From an uncultured virus (IMG/VR IMGVR_UViG_3300027686_000002) (taxonomy: Duplodnaviria > Heunggongvirae > Uroviricota > Caudoviricetes): 64,000 nt of DNA. The position numbers and the translations under genes were made by a program. Under the pieces are notes generated by a model. The model did no database searches and was not told the DNA's origin. It saw only the letters and a program-made list of their open reading frames with translations. The stretch lies in IMG/VR virus record IMGVR_UViG_3300027686_000002. One strand, 5' to 3'. Each line of letters begins with the position of its first letter. Within the stretch, counting starts at the first letter, position 1. This document shows, in pieces, positions 18,718 to 28,105 of this stretch.

Positions 18718-20169
18718 ATGAAATGTAAAATCGTATTAAAAGATGAAGTGAACTGCAAGATCGAAGGTCTTGACGTTAACACTCGAAGAAAATGTGAGAA
18801 GGAATTAAAGTTCTTTCTTCCATACGCATTCCACGTGCCAGCATATAAGTTGGGTAGATGGGATGGATGTCAAAGTTACTTTACAGTAGGTGGTGTAACA
18901 TATACTAACTTACTTGACAAAGTGCTTCCCATTATAATGAATGAAGGTTATGACATTGACATTGAAGACTTAAGAACAAAATATGAACTTGATTTTAATG
19001 TAGTAGATGAATCAACATTTCAACATAAACTGTGGCCTGAAAAACACCAAATGGTAGGACAGCCAGTTACACTACGTGATTATCAGATTGAGATTGTAAA
19101 CAAGTATTTAGAAACTCCACATTGCTTGCAAGAAATTGCAACAGGTGCAGGTAAAACTCTTATTACAGCGGCACTTAGTGAACGTGTAGAAAAGTATGGA
19201 AGGTCAATTGTTATTGTACCAAACAAAGACTTGGTAAAACAAACAGCGGCAGATTATGAGAACTTAGGATTAGATGTTGGCGTGTATTACGGTGACAAAA
19301 AAGAACTAGGCAAAACACATACAATTTGTACGTGGCAGAGTTTGAATAGTATTAAGAAAAGATTTAGAGAAGGACAAAGCGAATTAAGTTTAGCAGAGTT
19401 TGCAGAAGACGTAGTATGTGTGATTGTAGACGAAGTTCATCAAGCTAAAGCAGACGTATTAAAAGAACTATTGACTAAGGAGTTTGCAAAGATTCCTTTA
19501 AGGTGGGGACTAACAGGAACTATACCAAAGGCAGAACATGAAAAGGTTTGCTTACAAGCATGTCTAGGTGAAGTAACTAACAAGCTAAGTGCAAGCACGT
19601 TGCAGGAGATGGATGTATTAAGTCAATGTCATGTTAACGTAGTGCAAATGAAAGAGTTTGCAGTCTACAATAATTATCAAAGTGAGTTAAGTTATTTAAC
19701 TACAGACAAAGCACGTATAAAACATATTAGTGGACTAATTGATAAGATTAGTAAAAGCGGAAACACACTAGTATTAGTAGATCGTATCAAGGGTGGACAA
19801 ATGATTTGTGAAAACCTTCCACATGCAAACTTTGTAAGTGGTGAGATGAAAACTACAACACGTAAAGATCATTATGATGAGATTAATGAAGGAACAAACC
19901 AAATTGTTGTAGCAACATACGGAGTTGCGGCAGTTGGTATTAACATTCCACGTATTTTTAACTTAGTACTAATAGAGCCCGGTAAGAGTTTTGTTAGAGT
20001 AATACAAAGTATTGGACGTGGAATACGTAAAGCTGAAGATAAAGACAATGTTCAAATATGGGACATTACAAGTACAGCAAAATTTAGTAAAAAACACTTA
20101 ACCGAGCGTAAGAAGTTTTATAAAGAAGCCAATTATCCATTCTCTATAGAAAAAGTAGAATGGCAATAA
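18718..20169 (+). CDS. uvsW: SF2 DNA helicase (UvsW-like)
   Basis: LRDYQ, ATGAGKT, VDEVH, GLTGT, GINIP, QSIGRGIR; ATG 18718 preferred to GTG 18703. Confidence 0.9.
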   Translation: MKCKIVLKDEVNCKIEGLDVNTRRKCEKELKFFLPYAFHVPAYKLGRWDGCQSYFTVGGVTYTNLLDKVLPIIMNEGYDIDIEDLRTKYELDFNVVDESTFQHKLWPEKHQMVGQPVTLRDYQIEIVNKYLETPHCLQEIATGAGKTLITAALSERVEKYGRSIVIVPNKDLVKQTAADYENLGLDVGVYYGDKKELGKTHTICTWQSLNSIKKRFREGQSELSLAEFAEDVVCVIVDEVHQAKADVLKELLTKEFAKIPLRWGLTGTIPKAEHEKVCLQACLGEVTNKLSASTLQEMDVLSQCHVNVVQMKEFAVYNNYQSELSYLTTDKARIKHISGLIDKISKSGNTLVLVDRIKGGQMICENLPHANFVSGEMKTTTRKDHYDEINEGTNQIVVATYGVAAVGINIPRIFNLVLIEPGKSFVRVIQSIGRGIRKAEDKDNVQIWDITSTAKFSKKHLTERKKFYKEANYPFSIEKVEWQ

Positions 20170-20188
20170 GCCACACAGGAAATAAAAT

Positions 20189-20689
20189 ATGAAAATTTTA
20201 ACAGTAGAAAACAATACTTACGAACTGGATGAGATTCCAGATCAGGTAGAAGACTTACGATACAGCATTTTAGACTATAGCAACCCAGGACACATTGATT
20301 ACTATTTTATTCCATTAGTGTTCCTAGAAAGTTTTTATGCACCAGCCGCAGTATTAAAAATTGGTGATTACTCAATTACAATGCCATTAGATTGGAGCAT
20401 AGTTATTTGTGATCCATCAGTTGGTGATCCAGAAGTTGTAAGTTTAATGAGTTTGAATGACAGGGGCTTTAGTGTGTTTGCATTTAATCCTATTACAGGA
20501 TTTACACCTAAGTACTTGGACATATCAATAACTAATATTTACACAGATGTAAAATGGTATGCACCTAAGCTAAAGTTTGGACATTTATTAAATGTTCCAT
20601 TGCATGACGGAGCAAATCCACCCTGTGTACTGTTTGTAAAGGAATCAAACAAGTTACCTGAAGTACTTGACATTAGTGAGCTTTGGTAG
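20189..20689 (+). CDS. Hypothetical beta-rich protein, possibly a degenerate Hint-like fold
   Basis: AGGA RBS; AVLKIGDYSITMPLDWSIVI resembles intein block B without TxxH. Confidence 0.45.
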   Translation: MKILTVENNTYELDEIPDQVEDLRYSILDYSNPGHIDYYFIPLVFLESFYAPAAVLKIGDYSITMPLDWSIVICDPSVGDPEVVSLMSLNDRGFSVFAFNPITGFTPKYLDISITNIYTDVKWYAPKLKFGHLLNVPLHDGANPPCVLFVKESNKLPEVLDISELW

Positions 20690-20695
20690 TAAACT

Positions 20696-20917
20696 ATGAA
20701 GACTAGGATACATGTTAATCAGCACGTTGTTAAACGTAATGCTAAGACAGGTGAAAGAGAACCTGTATTAACATGCAAGACTTCTAAGAGTAATACATAT
20801 GGACATGAAGTGTCTATTAAAGGTGATTCGAAAGTTATATACAGTCCAGACAAACCACTATCATGTGGTGCTAAAGTTTGGATAGAAACTGAAGGAGAAG
20901 TAGTAATTGTCAAATAA
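20696..20917 (+). CDS. Small phage hypothetical protein
   Basis: IHVNQHVVKRN..YSPDKPLSCGAKVWIET; tightly packed in the operon. Confidence 0.65.
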   Translation: MKTRIHVNQHVVKRNAKTGEREPVLTCKTSKSNTYGHEVSIKGDSKVIYSPDKPLSCGAKVWIETEGEVVIVK

Positions 20918-21365
20918 ACTAAACATTAAAGAAGAGATGCGAGGTATTGATACCAAGGATAGAGGTTGGTATGACAGTCTTACTGAAGAAGAAAAGAAAA
21001 AGCTAGGCATATGGCTACTAATGCGTTATACTAGTAGTTGTGGTGATAAGATGTTTACTGAGCATTACTTAGAGTGGACTAACGAAGTAGTAAATGTACA
21101 CTTTAACAAGCTACGTAAGCACCCACAGTTGCAACATCAGCTAATGCAGTTAGTTGGACTAGGGAAGACTACATTCCATCCTTGGATTGCACCTGGAAAA
21201 GCAATGAAACAAAGTAAGATACAGAAGTGGGTTATAGAAAACTATAATCATCTGAATGACGATGAAGTAGAAATTTTTATTAGTACTAAAACTAAAGATG
21301 ACTTCAAGGAGTTGTTTGAAGAGTATGGGTACGATAAGAAGCAAATTAAAGAGCTGTTAAAATAA
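20907..21365 (+). CDS. Clamp-loader small-subunit-like protein (gp62-like)
   Basis: Helical pattern IWLLMRYTSS..NEVVN..QHQLM..FHPWIAPGK; TTG start. Confidence 0.4.
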   Translation: MSNKLNIKEEMRGIDTKDRGWYDSLTEEEKKKLGIWLLMRYTSSCGDKMFTEHYLEWTNEVVNVHFNKLRKHPQLQHQLMQLVGLGKTTFHPWIAPGKAMKQSKIQKWVIENYNHLNDDEVEIFISTKTKDDFKELFEEYGYDKKQIKELLK

Positions 21366-22037
21366 ATGTTTAAATGTGAATACTGTTCTAAAACATTCAA
21401 GAAAGAGAATACACTAGTTGTTCATTTATGTGAACAGAAGCGTAGGCACATGCAAAAAGACGAAAAGCATGTACAACTTGGTTTTAGAGGTTATCAGTTA
21501 TTCTATAAAATAGGAACAAATGCAAAGAATGAAAAAAGCTACCAGGAGTTTGCAAAAAGTCAATATTATATTGCGTTCTGTAAGTATGGTTATTATTGTA
21601 GGGACATTGGTATTGATGATGTACCGTCTTACACAACTTGGCTATTAAAGAATTCAATAAGATTAGACCATTGGTGTAGAGATAAGCACTTTGCGGCTTG
21701 GATGAAAGAACGACAAAACAACGAATCGTGTGAAAGAGGTGTTGAGCGTACTGTATTGTTTTTACAGAAGTGGGCAGAAGAAAACAACACAACATATAAT
21801 ACATACTTTCATACAATAGCACCAGCACTTGCAGTATTTCATATATGCAGTGGCAAAATTAGTCCGTGGGTATTGTTTACAAGTACAGCGGCACAAGATT
21901 TAATTGATAACATGAGTGGCGAACAACTAAAAATGATAACAGATTATTTAGATGTTGATTATTGGCAACGTAGAATGAATGTCAATCCACAGGATGGTAG
22001 ATTTGTAACAGAAATTATGGAGCAAATGAAAATATGA
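21366..22037 (+). CDS. Zinc-finger protein (N-terminal CxxC-x12-HxC)
   Basis: FKCEYCSKTFKKENTLVVHLCE; C-terminal SGKISPWVL. Confidence 0.6.
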   Translation: MFKCEYCSKTFKKENTLVVHLCEQKRRHMQKDEKHVQLGFRGYQLFYKIGTNAKNEKSYQEFAKSQYYIAFCKYGYYCRDIGIDDVPSYTTWLLKNSIRLDHWCRDKHFAAWMKERQNNESCERGVERTVLFLQKWAEENNTTYNTYFHTIAPALAVFHICSGKISPWVLFTSTAAQDLIDNMSGEQLKMITDYLDVDYWQRRMNVNPQDGRFVTEIMEQMKI

Positions 22038-22115
22038 TATGGTCATTGATTTATATATTAGCATGTTTTGTATTACCAGTATATATGTTATATAAAATGG
22101 ATAAGGAAGACCCAA

Positions 22116-22700
22116 ATGATAGTTAACACAGATATTGACATTGATGTAGCTAATAGAGATAAGCTATTAAACCTTATTAACGGCACACCTGCAATGATTG
22201 CTCGCGAACATAAGCAAGTAAAACATAACACTGGTGTGTACTTCCATGAAATACCAAGTAATCCTTTTAATGGACTTAGCACAATAGATCATAAAGAAGC
22301 AGAGTCTATGGGTTACTTTAAAATTGATGTTATTAACGTTGGATTATATAAATCTATTGATACTAAGAAGAAGCTAGATGATTTGCTTGCAATGGATCCT
22401 ATGTGGGAGTTACTAGAACATCGAGAAGTAGTAGAACAATGTTTCCACATACATAAGCACTTTGATATTATTAATACAATGAAGCCTACTAGTGTAGAAC
22501 AGCTAGCGGCAGTGCTTGCAGTAATCAGACCGGCGAAGCGTCACTTACTTAATAAGGGTTGGGACGCTATTAACGCTGATGTATGGGTTAAACCTAGCAC
22601 AGATGAATACTTTTTTAAAAAAGCACATGCTCACGCATATGCAGTTGCTATAGTATTGCAATTAAATATGTTAGCTAGTGGTTTTTCTTTACAAGGTTAA
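22116..22700 (+). CDS. Miniature DnaE-like (family C polymerase) catalytic core, 194 aa
   Basis: DIDID, KHNTGVYF, GYFKIDVI, LAVIRPAK and YFFKKAHAHAYA match DnaE motifs in order; AAGGA RBS before ATG 22116. Confidence 0.75.
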   Translation: MIVNTDIDIDVANRDKLLNLINGTPAMIAREHKQVKHNTGVYFHEIPSNPFNGLSTIDHKEAESMGYFKIDVINVGLYKSIDTKKKLDDLLAMDPMWELLEHREVVEQCFHIHKHFDIINTMKPTSVEQLAAVLAVIRPAKRHLLNKGWDAINADVWVKPSTDEYFFKKAHAHAYAVAIVLQLNMLASGFSLQG

Positions 22701-23046
22701 TACTACGTCTTTTAATCCGCTTGGTGATGCTGTTGCTTAGTCTTACTTCTGGTCCTACAATAACTTCCATTTGTTTTACATTAAAACTTTGAATTGCGTA
22801 TTGGTAATTCCATCTATTAAGTAATGCAATGTTGATGGGTAATTTTCTATTCGTTTCCCACCACCATTCTTCGCCTAATTCCAAGAACTTAATTCTCTCT
22901 TGGGTATCAGTTAAGCGATCGTACACATATAAGCTAGCAACATGGTTATCTATATTTTGGATAATCCCAAGGTATTCGTTTCCGGCATATGCTATGACAG
23001 TTAAGAATGGATATTCGTCTAATAGTTTCTGATGTTTTGTTTGCAT
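22675..23046 (-). CDS. Conserved hypothetical protein
   Basis: Natural-looking sequence (WWWETNRKLPINI) with its own TAAATA on the minus strand, 6 nt upstream of ATG. Confidence 0.75.
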   Translation of the reverse strand: MQTKHQKLLDEYPFLTVIAYAGNEYLGIIQNIDNHVASLYVYDRLTDTQERIKFLELGEEWWWETNRKLPINIALLNRWNYQYAIQSFNVKQMEVIVGPEVRLSNSITKRIKRRSINLVKKNH

Positions 23047-23109
23047 TACTTCTATTTATGCTTTCAAAATCCGAACAATTTTGATAAATACAATACAGGA
23101 GTCTAACAC

Positions 23110-23943
23110 ATGTCAAATTACGGAACAACATACAATATTAATCAAGTAGGTGATCTTTACACCTTACAAGACCACGGTTCATCGCCAGGGCTTGGCAAGT
23201 ACGCAAGTGCAAAAGGTACCTCAGTAAACAGTCCGGTTAACTATAGATTTTTAAAACTATTTCGAGGATTTGATACTGAGTTTTTCTTCTTTATAAAGAA
23301 CCAAGATCGCAAGCCAATTATGTTACACGGCACTACTATGCAAGTATCCTTAATTGATCGTAATGATAGATCTACTGTAGTTAGTAAAAAAGCTATTATA
23401 ACAGACTACGATGCAGGTAGTGTTAAAGTAATAATTACAAGTGGAGAGAGTTCTTTATTCTCACAAGGATTTTATGATCTAGTGTTTAGTTACACTACTG
23501 ATCAAGGTTTAGTTGTTCCTATGTTTGCAGACTTAAACATGCGACCTAACTACACTGTTGAAGTAACAGAAGATGGTGATGCATTACCATTAACAACACA
23601 AATTAATTCATCCTTTACAACTTCAGTTGTAGGCGTAGACACATACTATTACAGTAGTGCCATGAAAGCCACAGGATACTATAACAAACCAAACGGATTA
23701 ATTACACTAGCAGTATATGGCACAGGCTATACAGGTAATTTTTGGGTGCAAGGCTCATTAAATGACAATCCAGGCGAAAGCGACTGGTTTAACATAATAT
23801 TAGGCTCGTACACCGAAGAATTTTACCCATATACTAATCACACTGGAATAGATCCATGGACATTCCGTACAAACGTAAAATTAATCAGAACAAAACACAC
23901 ATCACCAACAGGAACACTTGACAAAGTAGTAATAAGAGTGTAA
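23110..23943 (+). CDS. Probable virion structural protein (Ig/BppU-like beta domains)
   Basis: Late promoter, AGGAG RBS, Thr/Gly/aromatic beta-rich sequence. Confidence 0.5.
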   Translation: MSNYGTTYNINQVGDLYTLQDHGSSPGLGKYASAKGTSVNSPVNYRFLKLFRGFDTEFFFFIKNQDRKPIMLHGTTMQVSLIDRNDRSTVVSKKAIITDYDAGSVKVIITSGESSLFSQGFYDLVFSYTTDQGLVVPMFADLNMRPNYTVEVTEDGDALPLTTQINSSFTTSVVGVDTYYYSSAMKATGYYNKPNGLITLAVYGTGYTGNFWVQGSLNDNPGESDWFNIILGSYTEEFYPYTNHTGIDPWTFRTNVKLIRTKHTSPTGTLDKVVIRV

Positions 23944-23946
23944 TAT
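23918..23946 (+). promoter_or_regulatory. Sigma70 promoter, probable leaderless primase transcript
   Basis: TTGACA-17 nt-TAATAT; ATG begins 7 nt after the -10. Confidence 0.65.
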
Positions 23947-23952
23947 ACATGT

Positions 23953-24966
23953 ATGACTTTGATGAACGACTACGTAAGAACTCTGGTACCGGCTAACTGG
24001 CGATCAAGCCCTAGTGGATGGATATCTGGCAATTGCCCAATGTGTACTAGAAATGGTCAAGCACGACCTGATACTAAAGGCAGAGGTGGATTCTTATTTG
24101 ACGTAGAAAAGTTTCAATATAATTGCTTTAATTGCACATTTAAAACTGGATGGGCACCACAGGGCAAAGTAACATCTAGATTAAAACAATTACTAACTAC
24201 ATTAGGTGCAGATGAGAATGATATTAATCGTATTCAACTTGAATTGTTACGTGAACAAGATGTAGCAACTTTATTAATAAAAACAGAGAAACGTAAAAAC
24301 TTAATTATTGATTGGGACTTAAAAGAGCTGCCAGAAGATACTAAACCATTTATGCTACATGACGAGCCTACAGCAGATTGGTCGGAAGCAGTAGAATATT
24401 TAACTAGACGTGGGTTTGATGTAACTGATCCTAGATTCATGTATAGTAATAGTAAAACAAATGGTAGAGTCAACAAGCGTTTCATATTACCATTTACATA
24501 TAAAAATAAAGTAGTAGGATACACAGCAAGATGGGCAGGAGATAGTATTCCAGATGGTATGCCCAAGTACTACAATCAGCAACCTAAGAAAGACTTTGTG
24601 TATGGGTTAGATAGACAGACTCCAGACAAGCATGTTGTTATTGTAACTGAAGGACAACTTGATGCAATAGTAACTGATGGGTGTGCAATAGGTAGTAATA
24701 ATATAAATGATGAACAAGCAGATATACTACACAGCTTACAGAAACATATTATAATATTACCAGACGCAGATGATGCAGGAAAGTTAATGTGTAAGGCAGC
24801 AATAAAGCATGGGTGGAGTGTAGCATTTCCAGAATGGAAAGATTGCAAAGATGCCGCAGATGCCTTGACAAAATACGGAAGATTGTATACAATAAAGAGT
24901 ATATTAAATAGTGCAGAAAGTAATGCAACTAAAATTGAATTAATTATGAGAAAGTATTGCAAATGA
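23953..24966 (+). CDS. DNA primase (T4 gp61-like)
   Basis: Zn ribbon CPMC..CFNC; TOPRIM VTEGQLD, PDADDAG, KDAAD. Confidence 0.9.
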   Translation: MTLMNDYVRTLVPANWRSSPSGWISGNCPMCTRNGQARPDTKGRGGFLFDVEKFQYNCFNCTFKTGWAPQGKVTSRLKQLLTTLGADENDINRIQLELLREQDVATLLIKTEKRKNLIIDWDLKELPEDTKPFMLHDEPTADWSEAVEYLTRRGFDVTDPRFMYSNSKTNGRVNKRFILPFTYKNKVVGYTARWAGDSIPDGMPKYYNQQPKKDFVYGLDRQTPDKHVVIVTEGQLDAIVTDGCAIGSNNINDEQADILHSLQKHIIILPDADDAGKLMCKAAIKHGWSVAFPEWKDCKDAADALTKYGRLYTIKSILNSAESNATKIELIMRKYCK

Positions 24967-26381
24967 TGAAAAAAGATGAAAATGTACAAGCAAAAGAATA
25001 TGGCATAGACTTACAACGATTATTTGTTGAGTTTTTATCTCAGGACCAAGACTTATTCGCTAGAGTAAATGGAATACTTGATCCTTTGTATTTTGATAGA
25101 GAACTACGCAAGGGTGTTGAGTTTATACAAGAACATTCTATGGGATATAGTGCGTTACCTACATTGGAGCAAATTGTAGCTACAACAGGGCTAGAGTTAC
25201 AGCCACTAAAAGATGTAGATGACAGACACAAGAAATGGTTTATAGATGAGTTTGAAGTATTTTGTAGACATAAAGCATTAGAAGGTGCAATCTTAACAAG
25301 TGCAGACTTGTTAGAAAAAGGTGACTACGGACCAGTAGAACGTATGATTAAAGATGCAGTCAATATTGGACTTGCTAAACATATGGGTACAGACTATTGG
25401 GAAGATCCAGCGGCACGTATTGAACGTGTACGTAATCAACGTGGTGGCACAAGCACAGGTTGGAAAGATATTGATAACAAACTATATGGTGGATTTAACA
25501 GAGGCGAATTAAATATATTTGCAGCTCCATCGGGTGGTGGTAAGAGTTTGTTCTTACAGAACTTAGCACTGAATTGGTCAATTGCAGGATTGAATGTAGT
25601 ATATATTACACTAGAGCTTAGTGAAGAATTATCTAGTATGCGATTAGACAGTATGATTACTGGCATGGACACAAGATCAGTATTTAAGAACGCCGCTGAC
25701 GTAGATTTAAAAGTACGTATGCAAGGTAAGAAAGCAGGTAAGCTACAGATTGTACAATTGCCAAATGGTATTACAATTAATGCTATTACAAGTTATATTA
25801 GAGAATTTGAAATTAAAAGTGATGTCAAAATAGATGCAGTATGTATTGATTACTTGGATCTAATGATGCCAGCACAAAATAAAGTAAATCCAAGTGATTT
25901 GTTTATTAAAGATAAATTTGTATCAGAAGAATTACGTAACTTTGCAGTAGAATATGATTATTTGTTTGCAACAGCATCTCAGTTAAACAGAGCGGCAGTA
26001 GAGGAAGTAGAATTTGATCACTCCCACATTGCAGGTGGTATAAGTAAGATTCAAACAGCAGACAACGTTATTGGTATATTTACAAGCCAAGCAATGCGTG
26101 AACGTGGGCGTTACCAAGTACAGTTTATGAAGACACGTAGTAGTAGTGGTGTTGGACAAAAAGTAGACTTAAAATTTGATATTGCAGGATTGCGTATTGA
26201 GGATCTAGACGAAGATGATCAAGGAACTACAATGAATCAACCTAGTGCTATGTTTGAGAAAATTAAAGCACAAAACAAAGTATCACATCAAGAAAAGAAT
26301 ATTGCTGAAAATAGTGTTGTGGAGAACACAATACAGGGCCACGACAAATTACGTTCTATGCTCAAAAGAAGTAATAGTTAG
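24963..26381 (+). CDS. Replicative DnaB-like helicase (T4 gp41-like)
   Basis: APSGGGKS Walker A, ITLELSE, IDYLDLM, TASQLNR, MKTR. Confidence 0.92.
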   Translation: MMKKDENVQAKEYGIDLQRLFVEFLSQDQDLFARVNGILDPLYFDRELRKGVEFIQEHSMGYSALPTLEQIVATTGLELQPLKDVDDRHKKWFIDEFEVFCRHKALEGAILTSADLLEKGDYGPVERMIKDAVNIGLAKHMGTDYWEDPAARIERVRNQRGGTSTGWKDIDNKLYGGFNRGELNIFAAPSGGGKSLFLQNLALNWSIAGLNVVYITLELSEELSSMRLDSMITGMDTRSVFKNAADVDLKVRMQGKKAGKLQIVQLPNGITINAITSYIREFEIKSDVKIDAVCIDYLDLMMPAQNKVNPSDLFIKDKFVSEELRNFAVEYDYLFATASQLNRAAVEEVEFDHSHIAGGISKIQTADNVIGIFTSQAMRERGRYQVQFMKTRSSSGVGQKVDLKFDIAGLRIEDLDEDDQGTTMNQPSAMFEKIKAQNKVSHQEKNIAENSVVENTIQGHDKLRSMLKRSNS

Positions 26382-26429
26382 ATAAATACTACAATAAAGT
26401 AAGAAGTAAATTATTACTGGAGAAGAAAC

Positions 26430-26681
26430 ATGACACAGAAACGAACTCGTAGCTTATTAGAAGAAATAAATCTTTTAGCTCCAAAAAAGTCTAAAGATGC
26501 AATCTTAGAAAGTAGAGGTTCCAACGCCATAAGTAGTGTTATAAATGTATTAGATTTAATTGAGAATCATTACGATGCAGACGTAGCACAAGACTTGACA
26601 AAGCGTATCATGTTAAGTATAAAGAATAGAGACCCAGAACGATTCAATCGTGGGGTTAGGAAAATTAGAGGACCGAAATGA
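26430..26681 (+). CDS. Hypothetical late protein
   Basis: Late promoter 26383, GGAG RBS. Confidence 0.65.
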   Translation: MTQKRTRSLLEEINLLAPKKSKDAILESRGSNAISSVINVLDLIENHYDADVAQDLTKRIMLSIKNRDPERFNRGVRKIRGPK

Positions 26682-27889
26682 AAATAAGTGATATTGAACA
26701 TATAGTAGGAACAAAGAAACGCCTAAACAGAGACAGCCGCAAACGCAGGTTAGTTCAGAAAGATCTTTATACTCCAAATTTAACTAAATTAGCAGAAGAT
26801 GCCGGCGGTGCTAGAATTCAGCACTTAGAAGATCTTATTCTATGGGACGGTAGTCAAGGTGCTAAAAAAGCAATTGCAACATTACATCAAGTAGAACAAC
26901 AACCAAATACAGTTACTATTAAATGGGACGGCTCACCAGCTGTTATGTTTGGAAGAAATGAAAAAGGTGAATTTGTACTTACTGATAAAAGTGGATTTAG
27001 TGCAAAAGGTTATGACGGAAAAGCAACTAGTGCTAAAGGTCTAAATCAAATGTTAAGCAACCGCCCAGGTGCAAAAAACCCAGATGCTAAAAAAGCAAAT
27101 GACTATAAAAAGTTTATAGGAGCGATGACTAACATATGGGATAAAGTAGAAAGTTGTGTACCAGATAACTTTAGAGGATATGTGATGGGTGATTTACTTT
27201 GGTTAACAAAGCCACAAGTAACAGACAACAAATATGTATTCACACCTAACACAACAACGTATTCAGTAAAAGCAGACAGTGAAGTTGGTAAGAAGATTAC
27301 TGACAGTGAAGTTGGTGTAGTAATACACATGGCAGTTGGCTTAGATGGCGAAAAAAGCAATGTTGATATGACACAATTTCAACAAGGCGCAACATACATT
27401 ATGCCACCTGTAATGGTAACAAAATCTCCAGGTGTGGACATTCCAGCAATAGACGAATTAGAAAATTACTTAGACAAAAATGCACAAGCAATAGATAAAT
27501 TGTTTGCAGTACCACCAGAATTAAAAATGGCAGACTTTGGCAAGATACTTTATGCTTACATCAACAACAGTGTTAAAGCAGGCAACCTAAATGATCTTGG
27601 AAGTACTTTCCAAAAGTTTGTTGATGGTAGTAAGTTATCAGAACCAAAGAAAGCACGTTTAATGGATTACATAAATAGTAACATAGACGGATTTAATGCA
27701 ACATTTAATTTTATTAAAGGCATTCAAAAAGTAAAGAATATAGTTATTAAAACACTAGATGCACAAGACGCAGATGTTGAAGCTAGCACTTCAGGTCAAA
27801 GAGGCGGTGAAGGGTATGTAGTGGACAAGGATGTTAAACTAGTTAACAGAGCAGGATTTACAGCCGCAAATATGGCACAGGAAAGATAA
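26678..27889 (+). CDS. Ligase-type nucleotidyltransferase-fold protein with probable N-terminal propeptide
   Basis: TIKWDGSP (motif I KxDG), MGDLLW, GEGYVV, VKLVNR; leader ends at LAE. Confidence 0.6.
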   Translation: MKISDIEHIVGTKKRLNRDSRKRRLVQKDLYTPNLTKLAEDAGGARIQHLEDLILWDGSQGAKKAIATLHQVEQQPNTVTIKWDGSPAVMFGRNEKGEFVLTDKSGFSAKGYDGKATSAKGLNQMLSNRPGAKNPDAKKANDYKKFIGAMTNIWDKVESCVPDNFRGYVMGDLLWLTKPQVTDNKYVFTPNTTTYSVKADSEVGKKITDSEVGVVIHMAVGLDGEKSNVDMTQFQQGATYIMPPVMVTKSPGVDIPAIDELENYLDKNAQAIDKLFAVPPELKMADFGKILYAYINNSVKAGNLNDLGSTFQKFVDGSKLSEPKKARLMDYINSNIDGFNATFNFIKGIQKVKNIVIKTLDAQDADVEASTSGQRGGEGYVVDKDVKLVNRAGFTAANMAQER

Positions 27890-27894
27890 TTAAA

Positions 27895-28095
27895 ATGTCG
27901 GCATTAAAACCAAAAGATGAAGTAGGGAAATTAGAAGTATCATTAAGGGTACTTGGTAATGAACTAATAGGTTTAAAAATGACAGTAGACGATTTTAAGA
28001 TTAAGTGGTTAGTATACGGAGTTATTACACTCGTAGCACTAGCCTGGGCAGGCGGAACGTTTGGACCCATGCTAATGGACACATTTAGCGATTAA
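27895..28095 (+). CDS. Small membrane protein
   Basis: One hydrophobic segment WLVYGVITLVALAWAG. Confidence 0.6.
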   Translation: MSALKPKDEVGKLEVSLRVLGNELIGLKMTVDDFKIKWLVYGVITLVALAWAGGTFGPMLMDTFSD

Positions 28096-28105
28096 GGAAA
28101 ATATT

